This document shows positions 30,944 to 41,652 of a DNA stretch of 64,000 nucleotides, piece after piece. Each line of letters starts with the position of its first letter. The first letter of the stretch is position 1. The DNA comes from an uncultured delta proteobacterium (lineage in GTDB: Bacteria; Myxococcota; Myxococcia; Myxococcales; Anaeromyxobacteraceae). Made by a program: the position numbers and the translations under genes. The stretch is from positions 279,827 through 343,826 of the forward strand of contig CAVWHZ010000018.1 in NCBI GenBank assembly GCA_963754915.1. The letters run 5' to 3'. The notes under the pieces were generated by a model. That model was not told where the DNA came from and searched no databases. It worked only from the letters and a program-made list of their open reading frames with translations.

Positions 30944-33058
30944 ATGCAACCGTTCTTTGGCCTCGGCCTGTTTGTCTTGGCAACCGTCGCACTTCTCCTG
31001 CTCTTGACGCGCTTCCCCAAGAACATCCCGCAAGGCAAGATCGGCATCGTTGAGCGAAAGTACTGGGGGAAGAAGATTCAGACCGGCCACGTCTTCGCGA
31101 CGGCTGGCGAAATCGGTATTGAGGCGCAGTATCTCAAGCCGGGTCTGCACTTCCTGTTTTGGCCCATTCGCAAAGTGGTCGAGACGGTCCCCTTCGTCAA
31201 CATCGGTGGTGACCAGCTGGGCTACGTCGAAGCTACCGACGGCAACCCTCTGCCTGCTGGCCGAATCTTCGCGGAAGATCCAGCTGGTCAGGTGCACACC
31301 AACTTCCAGGATCCCATCTCGTTCCTGACCAGGGGAGGCATCCGGGGGCGCCAGCTCCGCGTCCTAAACTCCGGCCAGTACATGATCCATCCGCGCCTCT
31401 TCAAGATCGAAACGAAGGTCAAGACCAAGATTAGGGGCGGCTTCATCGGCGTCGTTACCGCGGCCGACGGAAAGGCACTCGAGCCGGGCGAGATCGTCGG
31501 CAGAAGCGTCGAGGGGCATGACTCGTTCCAGCAGGCAGAAAACTTCCTCAAGGGCGGCGGGCAGAAGGGCCCGCAAATCGACTTCCTGCGCCCCGGCACA
31601 TTCAACATCAATGCGGACATCTTCCGCGTCGAGGAGCAGGCGGCCATTAGTATCAGCGACGATTACGTGGGCGTGGTAACGGCGCTCACCGGGCAGCCCC
31701 TGGGTCGTGACGAAGTGGTGGCGGAGACGCCCGACCCGAACCAGCACAACAACTTTCAGAATGGCCAGAAGTTCCTGAGCATGGGCGGCAAGCGCGGTCC
31801 GCAGGAGTCGGTACTGCCGCCGGGGACCTTCTACATCAACCCGATGGTCTTCGGCGTGACGAAGGTGAAGGCGACCAGCGTGGCGCAGGGTGAGGTGGCT
31901 GTTCTGATCTCCTACTCGGGAAAGGACCCGGCGGAAGAGCCGAGGCAGCTCACGAGCAGCCTCAAGGCCATCGGCGACGGCGCGACGGACCCCGAGGACA
32001 AGCGCCTCGACGGCAACGTGCGTACTAAGCACGTCGTCCCGAAGGGCTACCGCGGCATCCAGGAGACGGTGCTTGGCCCTGGCAAGTACTACCTGAACCC
32101 CCAGGCGTTCGCTGTCATCCCGGTGCCGACCACGACGACGACCTTGGAATGGTCCGAGAAGGAGGAGACGAGGGACTTCGACCCATTCAAGGTCGTCTCA
32201 CACGACGGCTACGAGATGTCTGTCGACGTGCAGGTCAACTATCGCATCGCGGCCGAGAATTCACCGTTCGTGATCAGCAAGGTCGGCTCAGTGGAGCTGT
32301 TGGAGAAGAACGTCATCCACCCGCTGGTTGACGGCATCTTCCGCGCCCAGGTGTCTATGTCGCCGGCGATCTCCTACATGCAGGAGCGTGCGGTGGAACA
32401 GGATTCGGCGCTCGCGAAGCTGCGGGACGCCTTGTCCGAGTACAGGGTCGAGGCGGTCAAGGTGCTCATCACCAACATCAACTTGCCCAAGGATCTGATG
32501 GACACGGTGAAGTCGAAGAACCTCGCCGAGCTCCAGAAGTCCACTTACGTCTCGCAGCAGGAGGCCGAGAAGCAGCGCATCGAGCTGGAGAAGACGCGGG
32601 CACAAGCCAACCAACAGGGACGCCTCATGGAAGCGCAGATCGGCATCGACGTCGCCAAGAACGAGGCCGCGCAGGCGCAGGAACGCGCGAACGGTGAAGG
32701 GGCGCGAATCCGCACCGTCGCTCTCGCCGAAGCGGAGCGGACCACCAAAGTCGGTCTCGCTCAAGCCCAGGTCACGGAAGCCAACGGCAGGGCGCAAGGC
32801 ATCGCCTACCGCGAGCAGCAGGCTGCACTCGGACAAACCGGCCTGACGGCGGTCGAGATCCTCAAGCAGGTCCGAGAGGGCAACATCAAGATCACGCCGG
32901 ATAACCTCGTCGTTAGCGGCGCCGCGGGAAGCGACTCCACTACACTTGGTGGCCTCATCACCTTGCTCCTCACCAGCCAGATGAAAGGCCGGGTGGCCGG
33001 GGTCCCCGACGCTAGCGGCGACGCCGCGAGTTCCAGTTCGGCCAACACGAAGCCCTGA
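30944..33058 (+). CDS. Flotillin-like SPFH/Band-7 protein. It has an N-terminal TM helix, four internal ~60-aa repeats, an SPFH domain and a C-terminal Ala/Glu/Gln-rich coiled coil.
   Basis: TM FFGLGLFVLATVALLLLL. Repeats GYVEATDGNPLPAGRIF...FLTRGGIRGRQLRVLNSGQYMIHPRLF; GVVTAADGKALEPGEIV...FLKGGGQKGPQIDFLRPGTFNINADIF; GVVTALTGQPLGRDEVV...FLSMGGKRGPQESVLPPGTFYINPMVF; KGYRGIQETVLGPGKYYLNPQAF. Coiled coil AEAERTTKVGLAQAQVTEANGRAQGIAYREQQAAL. Confidence 0.6.
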   Translation: MQPFFGLGLFVLATVALLLLLTRFPKNIPQGKIGIVERKYWGKKIQTGHVFATAGEIGIEAQYLKPGLHFLFWPIRKVVETVPFVNIGGDQLGYVEATDGNPLPAGRIFAEDPAGQVHTNFQDPISFLTRGGIRGRQLRVLNSGQYMIHPRLFKIETKVKTKIRGGFIGVVTAADGKALEPGEIVGRSVEGHDSFQQAENFLKGGGQKGPQIDFLRPGTFNINADIFRVEEQAAISISDDYVGVVTALTGQPLGRDEVVAETPDPNQHNNFQNGQKFLSMGGKRGPQESVLPPGTFYINPMVFGVTKVKATSVAQGEVAVLISYSGKDPAEEPRQLTSSLKAIGDGATDPEDKRLDGNVRTKHVVPKGYRGIQETVLGPGKYYLNPQAFAVIPVPTTTTTLEWSEKEETRDFDPFKVVSHDGYEMSVDVQVNYRIAAENSPFVISKVGSVELLEKNVIHPLVDGIFRAQVSMSPAISYMQERAVEQDSALAKLRDALSEYRVEAVKVLITNINLPKDLMDTVKSKNLAELQKSTYVSQQEAEKQRIELEKTRAQANQQGRLMEAQIGIDVAKNEAAQAQERANGEGARIRTVALAEAERTTKVGLAQAQVTEANGRAQGIAYREQQAALGQTGLTAVEILKQVREGNIKITPDNLVVSGAAGSDSTTLGGLITLLLTSQMKGRVAGVPDASGDAASSSSANTKP

Positions 33059-33317
33059 GCCTCACTTCGAGCTCGGGCCTCGCTGGTCCTTGCCCAAGCG
33101 TAGCGAGAGGGCAGGTTGCGCCCGGGGACAGGTCGCAGCGTGGAGAGGCAGGCTTCGACCGACGCTAGAGAAATTCATGGACGTGGCGGCGCTCGTGTGC
33201 GCCGGGGAGTATCTTTGGCGTCCATGCAATCGCTCATCGCAGCGACCGGTGCATTCATCTTCATCAGCAAGTCTATCCCTCGAGCGGCTCGGCGCCCGCC
33301 GGTGCACGGTCGCCGGT

Positions 33318-34709
33318 CTAGAACGCCTCCCCCGCACCTAGGTACACGCCGAAGGAGTCCACGCCCCAAGCGAAGTCGACGCGGATATTGGTGCGCGACT
33401 CGCGGTTCATAAGGAAGCGGAGGCCGAAACCCCCCGCGGGCTTCACGTACTGGAACAGATTCTCGCCCGGCTGGTTCACGCCAAAGGCAGGGAGGGCCAC
33501 GGCGGGTCTCGAGAACGTCTCGGCATTCGCGAAGATGGCCCCGCCGAAGAAGCCGTTGTTGGTGATTCGGAAGCGCCACTCCGCCTCGGCGTAAACTTCG
33601 GCGGTGCCCCGGAACCTACCTTGCACGTATCCGCGACCGGTGGTGCCCTGTGCATCCCAGCCGATCGCCGGCAGTGCCAGGTACGGCTGGTGTCCCCCCG
33701 AGGGCCCTGCCGCTAGCGCCCAGAAGGCAAGGACGTTACGAGGGACGTCATCGGATAGGCCCAGGTAGGCTCGGAACTCGGCAAAGACCTGGCTGCTCGA
33801 CTGGCTGCTCCCGAGCCAAGTCGGGAACCCGGCAATCCCAAAGTGAGCGTAAACCCCTCGATACGCATTGATGGTGGAGTCCCGGCTGTCGTAAAGAATG
33901 TCGGCGCTCACGCCGGAGACCGTGTACTCGGAAGGGTTGAAACCGTAGATGGTGTTGTAGGCGTATGCGCTCGTGACCACCGGCGCGCTCGCCGAGAGGT
34001 TCAGGCTCTCGTCCACGATGGCGAAGTAGCGGTCGAGCCGGTAGCTACCGCCGAGGTACAGGTTCTCGACGACCTTTCTCAGTACCAGCTCGTGGATTCG
34101 GATGAGGTTGAACTTCATCGGCTGGGCGCCGTCGATGGGAGCGGTCTCTCGCCATCCCCCGACGGTGAAGCTGTTGCTCACCGCCGGTATGCCGGTCCCA
34201 AGGCCGTAGGTATTCTGGTTGTACAGCAGCAAGCGCCAGTCGCCCTGGAGCTCCCAATCGTTGCGCGAGGTCATGACAGTGCTTCCGAACTGAATGACGA
34301 TCTGTGAGTTGGTCGTCAGGAGCACCAGGCCGTTCACGTTCGACATGGTCGTGTCGGTGGGATCGCCCAGGTACATGCCGAAGTTCCCAACGACACCGAT
34401 GAGGAATCCGAGGGCCGGGTTGTAGCCGATTGCCGGGATGAGCGCCGGATAGAGCTTGAAGGGCGTTGGGGCTGGTAAGCGCACCTCGGTGAAGCCCAGC
34501 GCGCCGAACAGGTCGGTGCGGTCGACGTATGGCTTGCAGAGCCCCTCAGCGCATACTTTGCCGTAGCCGAGCTGGAGGGCGCAGGTCTGACTCGTCTCGC
34601 AGGGATGGTCCGCCGGGGCCTTCCCGTCTCGATCGGCGCCATCGGCCGATGCGGCCAGTGCGGGGCCGTTGGCAAGGATACCCAAGAGGAGAATTTGGGA
34701 CGCGTTCAC
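33318..34709 (-). CDS. Omp85-like outer-membrane beta-barrel with N-terminal Cys-rich motif, intact paralog of the 7183-8749 pseudogene
   Basis: GTG 34709 preceded by AAGGAA; signal VNASQILLLGILANGPALAASA; CETSQTCALQLGYGKVCAEGLCKPYVDRTD; C-terminus ...RTNIRVDFAWGVDSFGVYLGAGEAF (terminal Phe). Confidence 0.6.
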   Translation of the reverse strand: MNASQILLLGILANGPALAASADGADRDGKAPADHPCETSQTCALQLGYGKVCAEGLCKPYVDRTDLFGALGFTEVRLPAPTPFKLYPALIPAIGYNPALGFLIGVVGNFGMYLGDPTDTTMSNVNGLVLLTTNSQIVIQFGSTVMTSRNDWELQGDWRLLLYNQNTYGLGTGIPAVSNSFTVGGWRETAPIDGAQPMKFNLIRIHELVLRKVVENLYLGGSYRLDRYFAIVDESLNLSASAPVVTSAYAYNTIYGFNPSEYTVSGVSADILYDSRDSTINAYRGVYAHFGIAGFPTWLGSSQSSSQVFAEFRAYLGLSDDVPRNVLAFWALAAGPSGGHQPYLALPAIGWDAQGTTGRGYVQGRFRGTAEVYAEAEWRFRITNNGFFGGAIFANAETFSRPAVALPAFGVNQPGENLFQYVKPAGGFGLRFLMNRESRTNIRVDFAWGVDSFGVYLGAGEAF

Positions 34710-34850
34710 CGCCCGTTCCTTCGACTCTCCGTGCACAGGCCGACCGAATGCAATCGAACCTGGTCCCATCCCGGCAGGCGCGGCCATCCGCCCCGCGGTG
34801 CGTCCTGGCCGCAGCAACAGGGAGGCAGTGACTGCTCTGCAATTCTGCCG

Positions 34851-35495
34851 CTAGAAGTGGAACTCGGGAGAAGCCACGAGTTGTAGGCCACCGATCCAAT
34901 ACCCTTGGTAGCCGCCGGCCTCGAGCACCAGGTCGAGGCCAATCCCGAGCCGGTTCGAGTTCAGGAAGGACGCGCCGCCGCCGATGCGGAAGGCGCCGCC
35001 GAGGCCCGAATTCGGGCCGATGTACATGCCGCCGCCCACGCGAAAGCGGCCCACGGTGTCCTGGGTCGGAGGCCCGAATTTGGCAACGTAGTCGATGGTC
35101 GGCTCCCACACCGTCACGTTCTTCGACGCGCTCTGACTCAGGGCACCGTTATAGAGAGTGCCGGTGGCGGTTCCGATGAGGACGTTGAACCCGACGCTGA
35201 TGTTGCTCGAGCCCTTGAGGTTGAAGTCGAGCTGCGGGCCGACCGTGAAGGGAATGTAGCTCACGAAGGAACCGGAACCGCAGGTGTAGCCGGGGTAGTA
35301 GCCGTAGTAGTAGGAGCAGTTCCAGTAGCCCGAGTTGTAGAAGCTGACGCCGAGATTCACGCGGGCCACGTTGTTGTAGATCGCGACAGGCTGCAGTTGC
35401 GGTTGACCAGGCTGGGCAAACGTGTACTGGGCCGCGGCTGGGGCGGCCAGGGCGATGACGCCCGCGGCGACGACGGCCTTGACGAGATTTCCCAT
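34851..35495 (-). CDS. Small outer-membrane beta-barrel protein (~215 aa) just upstream of the Omp85-like gene on the same strand
   Basis: Signal MGNLVKAVVAAGVIALAAPAAAQ; Gly/Tyr-rich alternating strands; C-terminus ...VASPEFHF. Confidence 0.5.
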   Translation of the reverse strand: MGNLVKAVVAAGVIALAAPAAAQYTFAQPGQPQLQPVAIYNNVARVNLGVSFYNSGYWNCSYYYGYYPGYTCGSGSFVSYIPFTVGPQLDFNLKGSSNISVGFNVLIGTATGTLYNGALSQSASKNVTVWEPTIDYVAKFGPPTQDTVGRFRVGGGMYIGPNSGLGGAFRIGGGASFLNSNRLGIGLDLVLEAGGYQGYWIGGLQLVASPEFHF

Positions 35496-36380
35496 GGTCT
35501 CCTCCACATGGCTGAACATCCCCGCGCCCTTGGACCCAATCGGCTCCCCTAGGGTAGCGAGACGAGCAATGCTCTCGAGCGCGCCGCGCGTCAGCGAACT
35601 CTACCACGGCAGCCAGCTACCCCACTTCTGGCACCTCGCTCAACTGATTCTCGCAGCGCTACACCCACGGGGTACCGATCCTTCAAATACACTTTACAAG
35701 GACCTGGAACCCCCCAAGAGAATGCTTGCACCGGCGCGAGCGGATCGGATTCGCTTGCCCCAAGAAAAGGAAGGTCGCCCTCCCAAGCCAAGGATTCCAG
35801 GCATGGCTGCCGCCAAGCAGGATTGGCATAGTCGTTCACGTGGCTCGTGGGCACTGGCCTTGCGCTCAAAATCAGGTCCTCGGAGGCGGGAGCCCTGTCG
35901 CCAAGTCGAGAGTGGGGCTCTGGGCCGGGAGCGCCGATTGATCGAGGCAACTTGGCCAGACCCAGACCGGGAAATATGGCGAGTTCGCCCTTCGGGGCAT
36001 GAAGGCCTCGGAGAAGGACCCGGTCCTCTCTCTTGGCGCCCCCGAGGGACCGCAACGCCGGACAAGGCCGACGAGGAGAAACCTGCCATCGCAGTGCTGG
36101 GCTACAAGCTTCCGGCAGAGGTGACGATCAACAATCTCACCGCGATCGCGTGGGGTAGACGCACAGCCAGTTTACCAACGATACTGCAACCAGAGGCTCG
36201 CTGCCTGCGCTGCTCAATGCTGCAGCGACATGCACCGCTTCGTCGATGCCGAGACTGGCGGCTACGGGACAAACAGCCTTGACGGGTTGAACGGCTCTCA
36301 AGCCCCGACTCTGGCCGACTTCGAGGTCCGTCGTCGATCCCAGTAAGCATGAACCCAGCAGCGCAAACAGGAGATAGCCC

Positions 36381-37067
36381 ATGAGAATCCAGATTGCCTT
36401 GACCAGTATCGCCACCCTCGTCCTCGCGCACTCGGCCGCGGGCCAGGGCAATGTAGCCGAAAGCGCCGCGCAAACCGTTCAGGTGGAGCAAGCGCGGGCG
36501 AAGAACGCCGCGCTCTTGAAGCAGTACACCTGGAATGAACGCATGGAGTTTCTCGTGAAGGGTCAGGTGAAGGATACCCGCATCGACCTCGTGAATTTCG
36601 GCCCGGACGGGAAGTTGCAGCACTCCGTGCTGAACGACGAGCACTCGCCGCTGCCGGGTGGGTTCCTCCGCAAGAAGATCGCGGAGGGCAAGATCAAGGA
36701 CCTGGAAAAGTACATGGAAGGTCTGCGGAGCGCGGTCTATCAGTACACCCTGCCGACGCCTGGCGCGGTGATGAATTTTCTGAACTCGGCGATAACCATG
36801 CCGGCCCCGAACGGCCAGCTCATGGTGACCGGGCAGAACGTGGTTCAGCCGGGCGACTCGCTGACCATCTGGATGAACGCCGCGACGAAGAAGACCGAGA
36901 AGACTGTCGTTACCACCACGTTCCAGGGAGACCCGGTCAACCTCACGTCGACCTTCGCGACCCTGCCCAGTGGGCTCAACTACGCGGCTTACTCCGAGAT
37001 GACGGTTCCCGCCAAGGGGTACTCGATCCTTGTGCAGAACTTCAACTATCAGATGAACGGACAGTGA
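36381..37067 (+). CDS. Secreted hypothetical protein (DUF2950-like), lower GC than its surroundings
   Basis: RBS AGGAGA; signal MRIQIALTSIATLVLAHSAAGQG. Its stop overlaps a GTG in the next ORF, but the preferred downstream start is ATG 37193. Confidence 0.45.
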   Translation: MRIQIALTSIATLVLAHSAAGQGNVAESAAQTVQVEQARAKNAALLKQYTWNERMEFLVKGQVKDTRIDLVNFGPDGKLQHSVLNDEHSPLPGGFLRKKIAEGKIKDLEKYMEGLRSAVYQYTLPTPGAVMNFLNSAITMPAPNGQLMVTGQNVVQPGDSLTIWMNAATKKTEKTVVTTTFQGDPVNLTSTFATLPSGLNYAAYSEMTVPAKGYSILVQNFNYQMNGQ

Positions 37068-37192
37068 TCCAAAGTTGCGTACGCCGAAAGCGGCAGGGAG
37101 GGCAGATCCGTTCTTCCCGCTCGGCGCGATCTACAGGCACCCGACTTCCGCGTCTTGCGCGCGCGGCTGCGGCCATGGCCCCGAAGGAGATT

Positions 37193-39775
37193 ATGAGAAG
37201 CAGGGCCCCAATGCTCGTCGCCCTCGCGATGGGACTCCTCTTGCCCGCCATGGGCGTGACGGCCCAGACGCCGTTGACGGAGGCGGAACCGCCGCCTTCC
37301 GAAGTGACGCCCGACCCGTGGCCCAAGTCGGCCGAGCTCGCCGGAACGCGCTACACCATCTACCAGCCACAGCTCGACAAGTGGGACGACTACAGCTACC
37401 AGTCCCACGCGGCCGTCCAGGTCGTGCCGGCCGGGTCCAAGGACCCGGTCTTCGGCGTTGTCGAGATCTCCGCATACACCATCGTCGATCGCCCAAACCG
37501 CGTCGTCTACATCGAGGGGATCACCATCGCCAAGGCCACATTCCCTTCCGCGCCGCAGAACGCGGCCTCCTGGCAGGCGGCGATGCAGCAGGTCGCGTCG
37601 AGCGGCCCGTCCACCATGTCGCTCGGTCGACTCGAGGCCGCTCTCGCAATCGAGGGCGCAGAGCGCAAGGCACTCCGGGTACCGGTGGAGAATACGCCTC
37701 CGCGGCTCGTCTTCACCGAGCGCGCGGCGGCGCTGGTGTTGCTGCAGGGCGAGCCAGTCTGGGTACCCGTGAAGGGAACAGCACTCTCTCGAGCGCTGAA
37801 CACCCGGGCGCTCCTCCTCAGAGACGCCTACGGGATGCTCTTCGTTCACGTTCTCGACGGCTTCATGACCGCGCCATCGTTCGACGGACCGTGGACGGTG
37901 GCTTGGAGCCCTCCCAAGGGTGCTGCCAAGGCTGCGCAGCAGCTCGCGAAGAAAGGCCTCGTGGACCTCATGGAAGGGCAGCCTGCCGAGGGAACGGGAA
38001 CGAAACCCACGCTGGCGGGTGGCGCGCCGCAGATGATTGTGGCGACGCGGCCTACCGAGGTCGTCACGACGAATGGTCCGATGGAATGGCTGCCGATCGA
38101 GGGGACCCAGCTCATCTACGTCCAGAACACCACTGGGAACATCTTCCGGGACCTCAACGACCAGCAGGTGTACGTGCTCGTCACCGGGCGATGGTTCCGC
38201 GCCCCTGCGCTCAGCGGGCCGTGGACCTACGAGGACGGCAAGGACCTCCCGGTGGACTTCGCCCTCATCCCGGACACGAGCCCGAAGGAGAACGCTAAGG
38301 CATCTGTGCCCGGCACTCCGCAGGCGGAGGATGCGGCCATCGCTGCCGAGATCCCGCACATGGCGACGGTGTACACCGCAAAGGTCTCTTTCCGGCCGGT
38401 GATGAACGGCGCGCCGCTCCTGAAGCCGATTCCCGACACATCGCTCATGTACGTCTTCAATTCACCACAGGCAATCCTCATGGTAGGGCCGGATGAGTGG
38501 TACGCCGTTCAGGCAGGAATATGGTTCACCGCCGGGTCGGCGGAGGGGCCCTGGAGCGTCGCCACGTCGATTCCGGCTTCGATCTATTCCATTCCCCCGA
38601 GCTCTCCCCTCTTCTACGTCACTTTCGTGAAGATCTATGCTGCGTCGCCAGGTATCGTCGTGGTCGGATACACGCCCGGTTACACCGGGGTGGTGGTCAC
38701 GCCCGACGGGATCGTCGTGTACGGCACGGGCTATGTCTACCCCGCGTACGTCACCGCCGCGGTCTGGTATCCGCCGCCGGTCACATACGGCTACGCGGCA
38801 AACATCACCTACACGCCCTGGACCGGGTTCGCGATGGGCTTCGCCATCGGCTGGTCTGCAGCGCACTGGTGCTACGCGCCCACTCCGTACTGGGGCGCGA
38901 TGCCCTACTATTACCATCCGCCCGTTCCATATGCGGGAGCGTACTACGGCGCTGCGTACCACGGGGTGGCGTACGGATCGCACGGTAGCGCGGCTGCCTG
39001 GGGACCAAGCGGATGGGCGGCGACGAGCGGCAACATGTACAGCCATTACGGGTCGACCTCGACCGTGAGTCGAGATTCGGCTGGATACAACGCGTACACG
39101 GGGACGGCTTGGTCGAGCAAGGCGGGCACATCGTACAACTCGGCAACCGGACGCGTGTCAGCAGGACAGTCGGCGTCGGCATCGAATGCCTACACTGGCG
39201 GCTACGGGTACGGCAGCCGCGGCGCCACTTACAACCCGAGCACCGGCGTCGCGGCACAGGGCGGCAAGGCGACGGTGGGCAACTCCTACACCGGCCAGCA
39301 AGCCACGGCGGCCTACGCGAAGACCAGCGGGCCCGCTGGCACGACGGATGCTGCAAAGGTCAACAACACCACCTACGCGGATCACGACGGCAACGTCTAC
39401 AACTACAACTCCTCCACCGGGCAGACGCAGAAGTACAACTCGGCCACTAACTCGTGGGACTCGACCGAGAAGCCGAGCGGCACCTCCAGCTCGTCCTCGG
39501 CGTACAAGCCGGCGACCTCGTCGGGATCGTCTTCGGCGTACAAGCCAAGCGGTGGAAGCACCTACGACTATTCCAAGCCGGCGAGCACGGGCTCCGGGGC
39601 ATCGATGGCCCAGTCGCGGTCGGCCGGCGACGCAAGCTCGGCATCCTCGGCTTGGGGCGGGAGCTCAAGCCACAGCGACGGCTGGGGAGGCAGCAGCGGC
39701 GGAGGCAGTCACAGCTGGGGCGGGGGTGGGTCGTGGGGCGGATTCCACGGCGGCGGCGGTGGGTTCCGCAGATAG
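37193..39775 (+). CDS. Large secreted protein (DUF3300-like) with a ~300-aa C-terminal low-complexity tail rich in G/S/Y/W/T/A, ending GGGGGFRR
   Basis: Strong RBS GAAGGAG 5 nt before ATG 37193; signal MRSRAPMLVALAMGLLLPAMGVTAQ. The tail has repeated YTG / SSAYKP / GGSxSWGG units. Confidence 0.5.
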   Translation: MRSRAPMLVALAMGLLLPAMGVTAQTPLTEAEPPPSEVTPDPWPKSAELAGTRYTIYQPQLDKWDDYSYQSHAAVQVVPAGSKDPVFGVVEISAYTIVDRPNRVVYIEGITIAKATFPSAPQNAASWQAAMQQVASSGPSTMSLGRLEAALAIEGAERKALRVPVENTPPRLVFTERAAALVLLQGEPVWVPVKGTALSRALNTRALLLRDAYGMLFVHVLDGFMTAPSFDGPWTVAWSPPKGAAKAAQQLAKKGLVDLMEGQPAEGTGTKPTLAGGAPQMIVATRPTEVVTTNGPMEWLPIEGTQLIYVQNTTGNIFRDLNDQQVYVLVTGRWFRAPALSGPWTYEDGKDLPVDFALIPDTSPKENAKASVPGTPQAEDAAIAAEIPHMATVYTAKVSFRPVMNGAPLLKPIPDTSLMYVFNSPQAILMVGPDEWYAVQAGIWFTAGSAEGPWSVATSIPASIYSIPPSSPLFYVTFVKIYAASPGIVVVGYTPGYTGVVVTPDGIVVYGTGYVYPAYVTAAVWYPPPVTYGYAANITYTPWTGFAMGFAIGWSAAHWCYAPTPYWGAMPYYYHPPVPYAGAYYGAAYHGVAYGSHGSAAAWGPSGWAATSGNMYSHYGSTSTVSRDSAGYNAYTGTAWSSKAGTSYNSATGRVSAGQSASASNAYTGGYGYGSRGATYNPSTGVAAQGGKATVGNSYTGQQATAAYAKTSGPAGTTDAAKVNNTTYADHDGNVYNYNSSTGQTQKYNSATNSWDSTEKPSGTSSSSSAYKPATSSGSSSAYKPSGGSTYDYSKPASTGSGASMAQSRSAGDASSASSAWGGSSSHSDGWGGSSGGGSHSWGGGGSWGGFHGGGGGFRR

Positions 39776-40525
39776 TGTTAGCGCATCCAGTCAAGGGTGG
39801 CTGCGACTCGAGATTGCCCCCGCCACTCTGGCGCAGGGAAGGGGACTCCTCGACGCAATTTCCGAACGGCAGGTGACGATCCGCGCGGCTTGTGGGTGTT
39901 CGACCTCACGGTGTTCGGTCAGAACAGGCAAGCGTCGCACAACCGGGAGCAATCGATTCCCAATTTCAGTGGCGTGAGGCGCCGTTCCTGGCCGGCGGAA
40001 AGGTGCTCTGTCTTGAAAGACCCTGGTCGTATTCGGTCGAACTCGATTTCGGCTGGCTCGACCTCCCGCAGGGTCAGCGTTTTGGCTTCTCCAAGTTCTG
40101 GCAGCAAGTCCCCATTTTCGACTGGTCGTCTGTCCGGCTGGGGCGACAGACAGACCTGAGCAGCGGGACTGTCAGGGAGCGTGTGCTGCGAGACTTGCAA
40201 GCCGGCGCGAACTGGTACATGGGAACGCTGTTCCGCGTCGATTCAACTATGGCTACGTCTGTTGGAACCGCTTCAGTAGAGCCGGGACCAGCAGCGTCTA
40301 CGGTTTCCGGCGGCAGTTCCAAGTCTGATTGCGAGGCCGCGGCATCAGCTGCGTCCATCCTCCTCTGACCTCGATGGTGCGCCATCGGGGATCCCGACCC
40401 ACGCAGGAGCTTTCACCTGCCGGGGCCTCGAGCGCTGATGGTTTCGCGGGCGGTAGCGCACCTCTTCGCGCCTTCGCGACAAATCGACACGTGCTGGATG
40501 CATTCGCCGTGGATAGGATTCGGGC

Positions 40526-41011
40526 GTGGTGGAGCATGAACGACGAAGGGATGTGGGCGTCCGCCTGATCGTCTTTCTGAAGGGGACGAAGGCACTTGCA
40601 GAGGTCGCCCTCGCGCTCTGGCTTGTCGCGATCGCGGCCAATGGAGAGATCGCGACGCTTCGCGAGGTAGCGATCAACCTAAAGGCAGACATAGCCAGCC
40701 GCTGGAGCTTGTGGCTGGGGCGAGCCTTGGCGGCCTTGCTAAGAGAGCGTGGAGTTCACGTCCTTGAACTAGGGCTCGCGTTGGACGGTATCCTTTCCGC
40801 GGTCGAGGGATGGAGCTTGTGGCGGGGCTACCGCTGGGGGGCTTGGCTAGTTGTGGCTTCGTCGTCCCTTCCGCTGCCATTGGAGGCGGTGGAAATCGCG
40901 CGAACGCATTCACCTTGGCGCATCGTGTTCGCACTACTGAACGTTGCGGTAGTAGCTTACTTGGTGCGCCAGATTTCCCGAGGGCGCGACGCAGTGACTG
41001 CCGACGGTTAG
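40526..41011 (+). CDS. Hypothetical small integral membrane protein (DUF2127-like?)
   Basis: Four hydrophobic helices (ALAEVALALWLVAIAA; ALDGILSAVEGWSLW; GAWLVVASSSLPL; IVFALLNVAVVAYLV). Confidence 0.35.
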   Translation: MVEHERRRDVGVRLIVFLKGTKALAEVALALWLVAIAANGEIATLREVAINLKADIASRWSLWLGRALAALLRERGVHVLELGLALDGILSAVEGWSLWRGYRWGAWLVVASSSLPLPLEAVEIARTHSPWRIVFALLNVAVVAYLVRQISRGRDAVTADG

Positions 41012-41372
41012 TTCCAGTGCTCTTCATCACAGCGCTTCCTTTCCCAGTACGGGTAGTCGCTGAAGACCAACGCGGTGGAAGTTCGTCGCCGCCACCGCCA
41101 GTGTTGGCGCCACGCCAACACCGGCCAGCGATGCCGCTGATTCGCACACAGGAAGGACCGGGCAGGAAGCCAAGTCGGCGTCCCTGATACCGCCCATCCG
41201 GCCACGCCACCGCAGGCGAGTGCCGGGTGCCTGTCCCACGCGACCTGAACAGCGGCGCAAATAGGAAGACAACAGCAGCGGCAGCACGACCGACCACTGC
41301 ACCCTATGGAGCCTTCGCGAGCAGTTCTCGGACAGAGAACCCGCAAGTGGTGGCCGACCCTGCGTAGAACAG

Positions 41373-41396
41373 AACGTTCACGAACGCTTACGAACA
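41373..41396. promoter_or_regulatory. Site 1 of the recurring nested-palindromic motif: GAACGTTCACGAACGCTTACGAAC
   Basis: Intergenic, ~260 bp upstream of the LTXXQ-like gene; shares GAACGTTCnCGAACGC with sites 2-5. Confidence 0.5.
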
Positions 41397-41652
41397 CCCG
41401 CTGGACCCGTGCACCGGGAGGAGCGTTCGAGTGATCGCGGGTGCTTGCACGAGCAGGATGTTCGGTACGGTGGGTGCGTATGACTCAGCCGAAGAGAGTC
41501 GCCGGGCCGAGGCCAACTTCGGCGCGGCATGGTCGGGGTGAAAGGAAGTGTACCAATTCGGCGAGATCAGGCGATGGCGTAGTAGCCGCGCTGCCCGGCG
41601 ATGGAGGGATCCGTAGCCTCCGCAGCGAACCTCTTAGTCAATCGGAGCGAAC

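Noticed and set aside
35560-36380. ~820-bp gap with TGGCAC at 35634 checked as a sigma54 promoter
   Set aside because: No GC at the -12 position (TGGCACCTCGCTCAAC); no other TGGCAC-N5-TTGC match was convincing anywhere in the window.
37075-38298. 407-aa + ORF in an alternative frame
   Set aside because: Alternative frame of the DUF3300-like gene; Arg/Gly/Pro-rich junk typical of high-GC off-frame translation.
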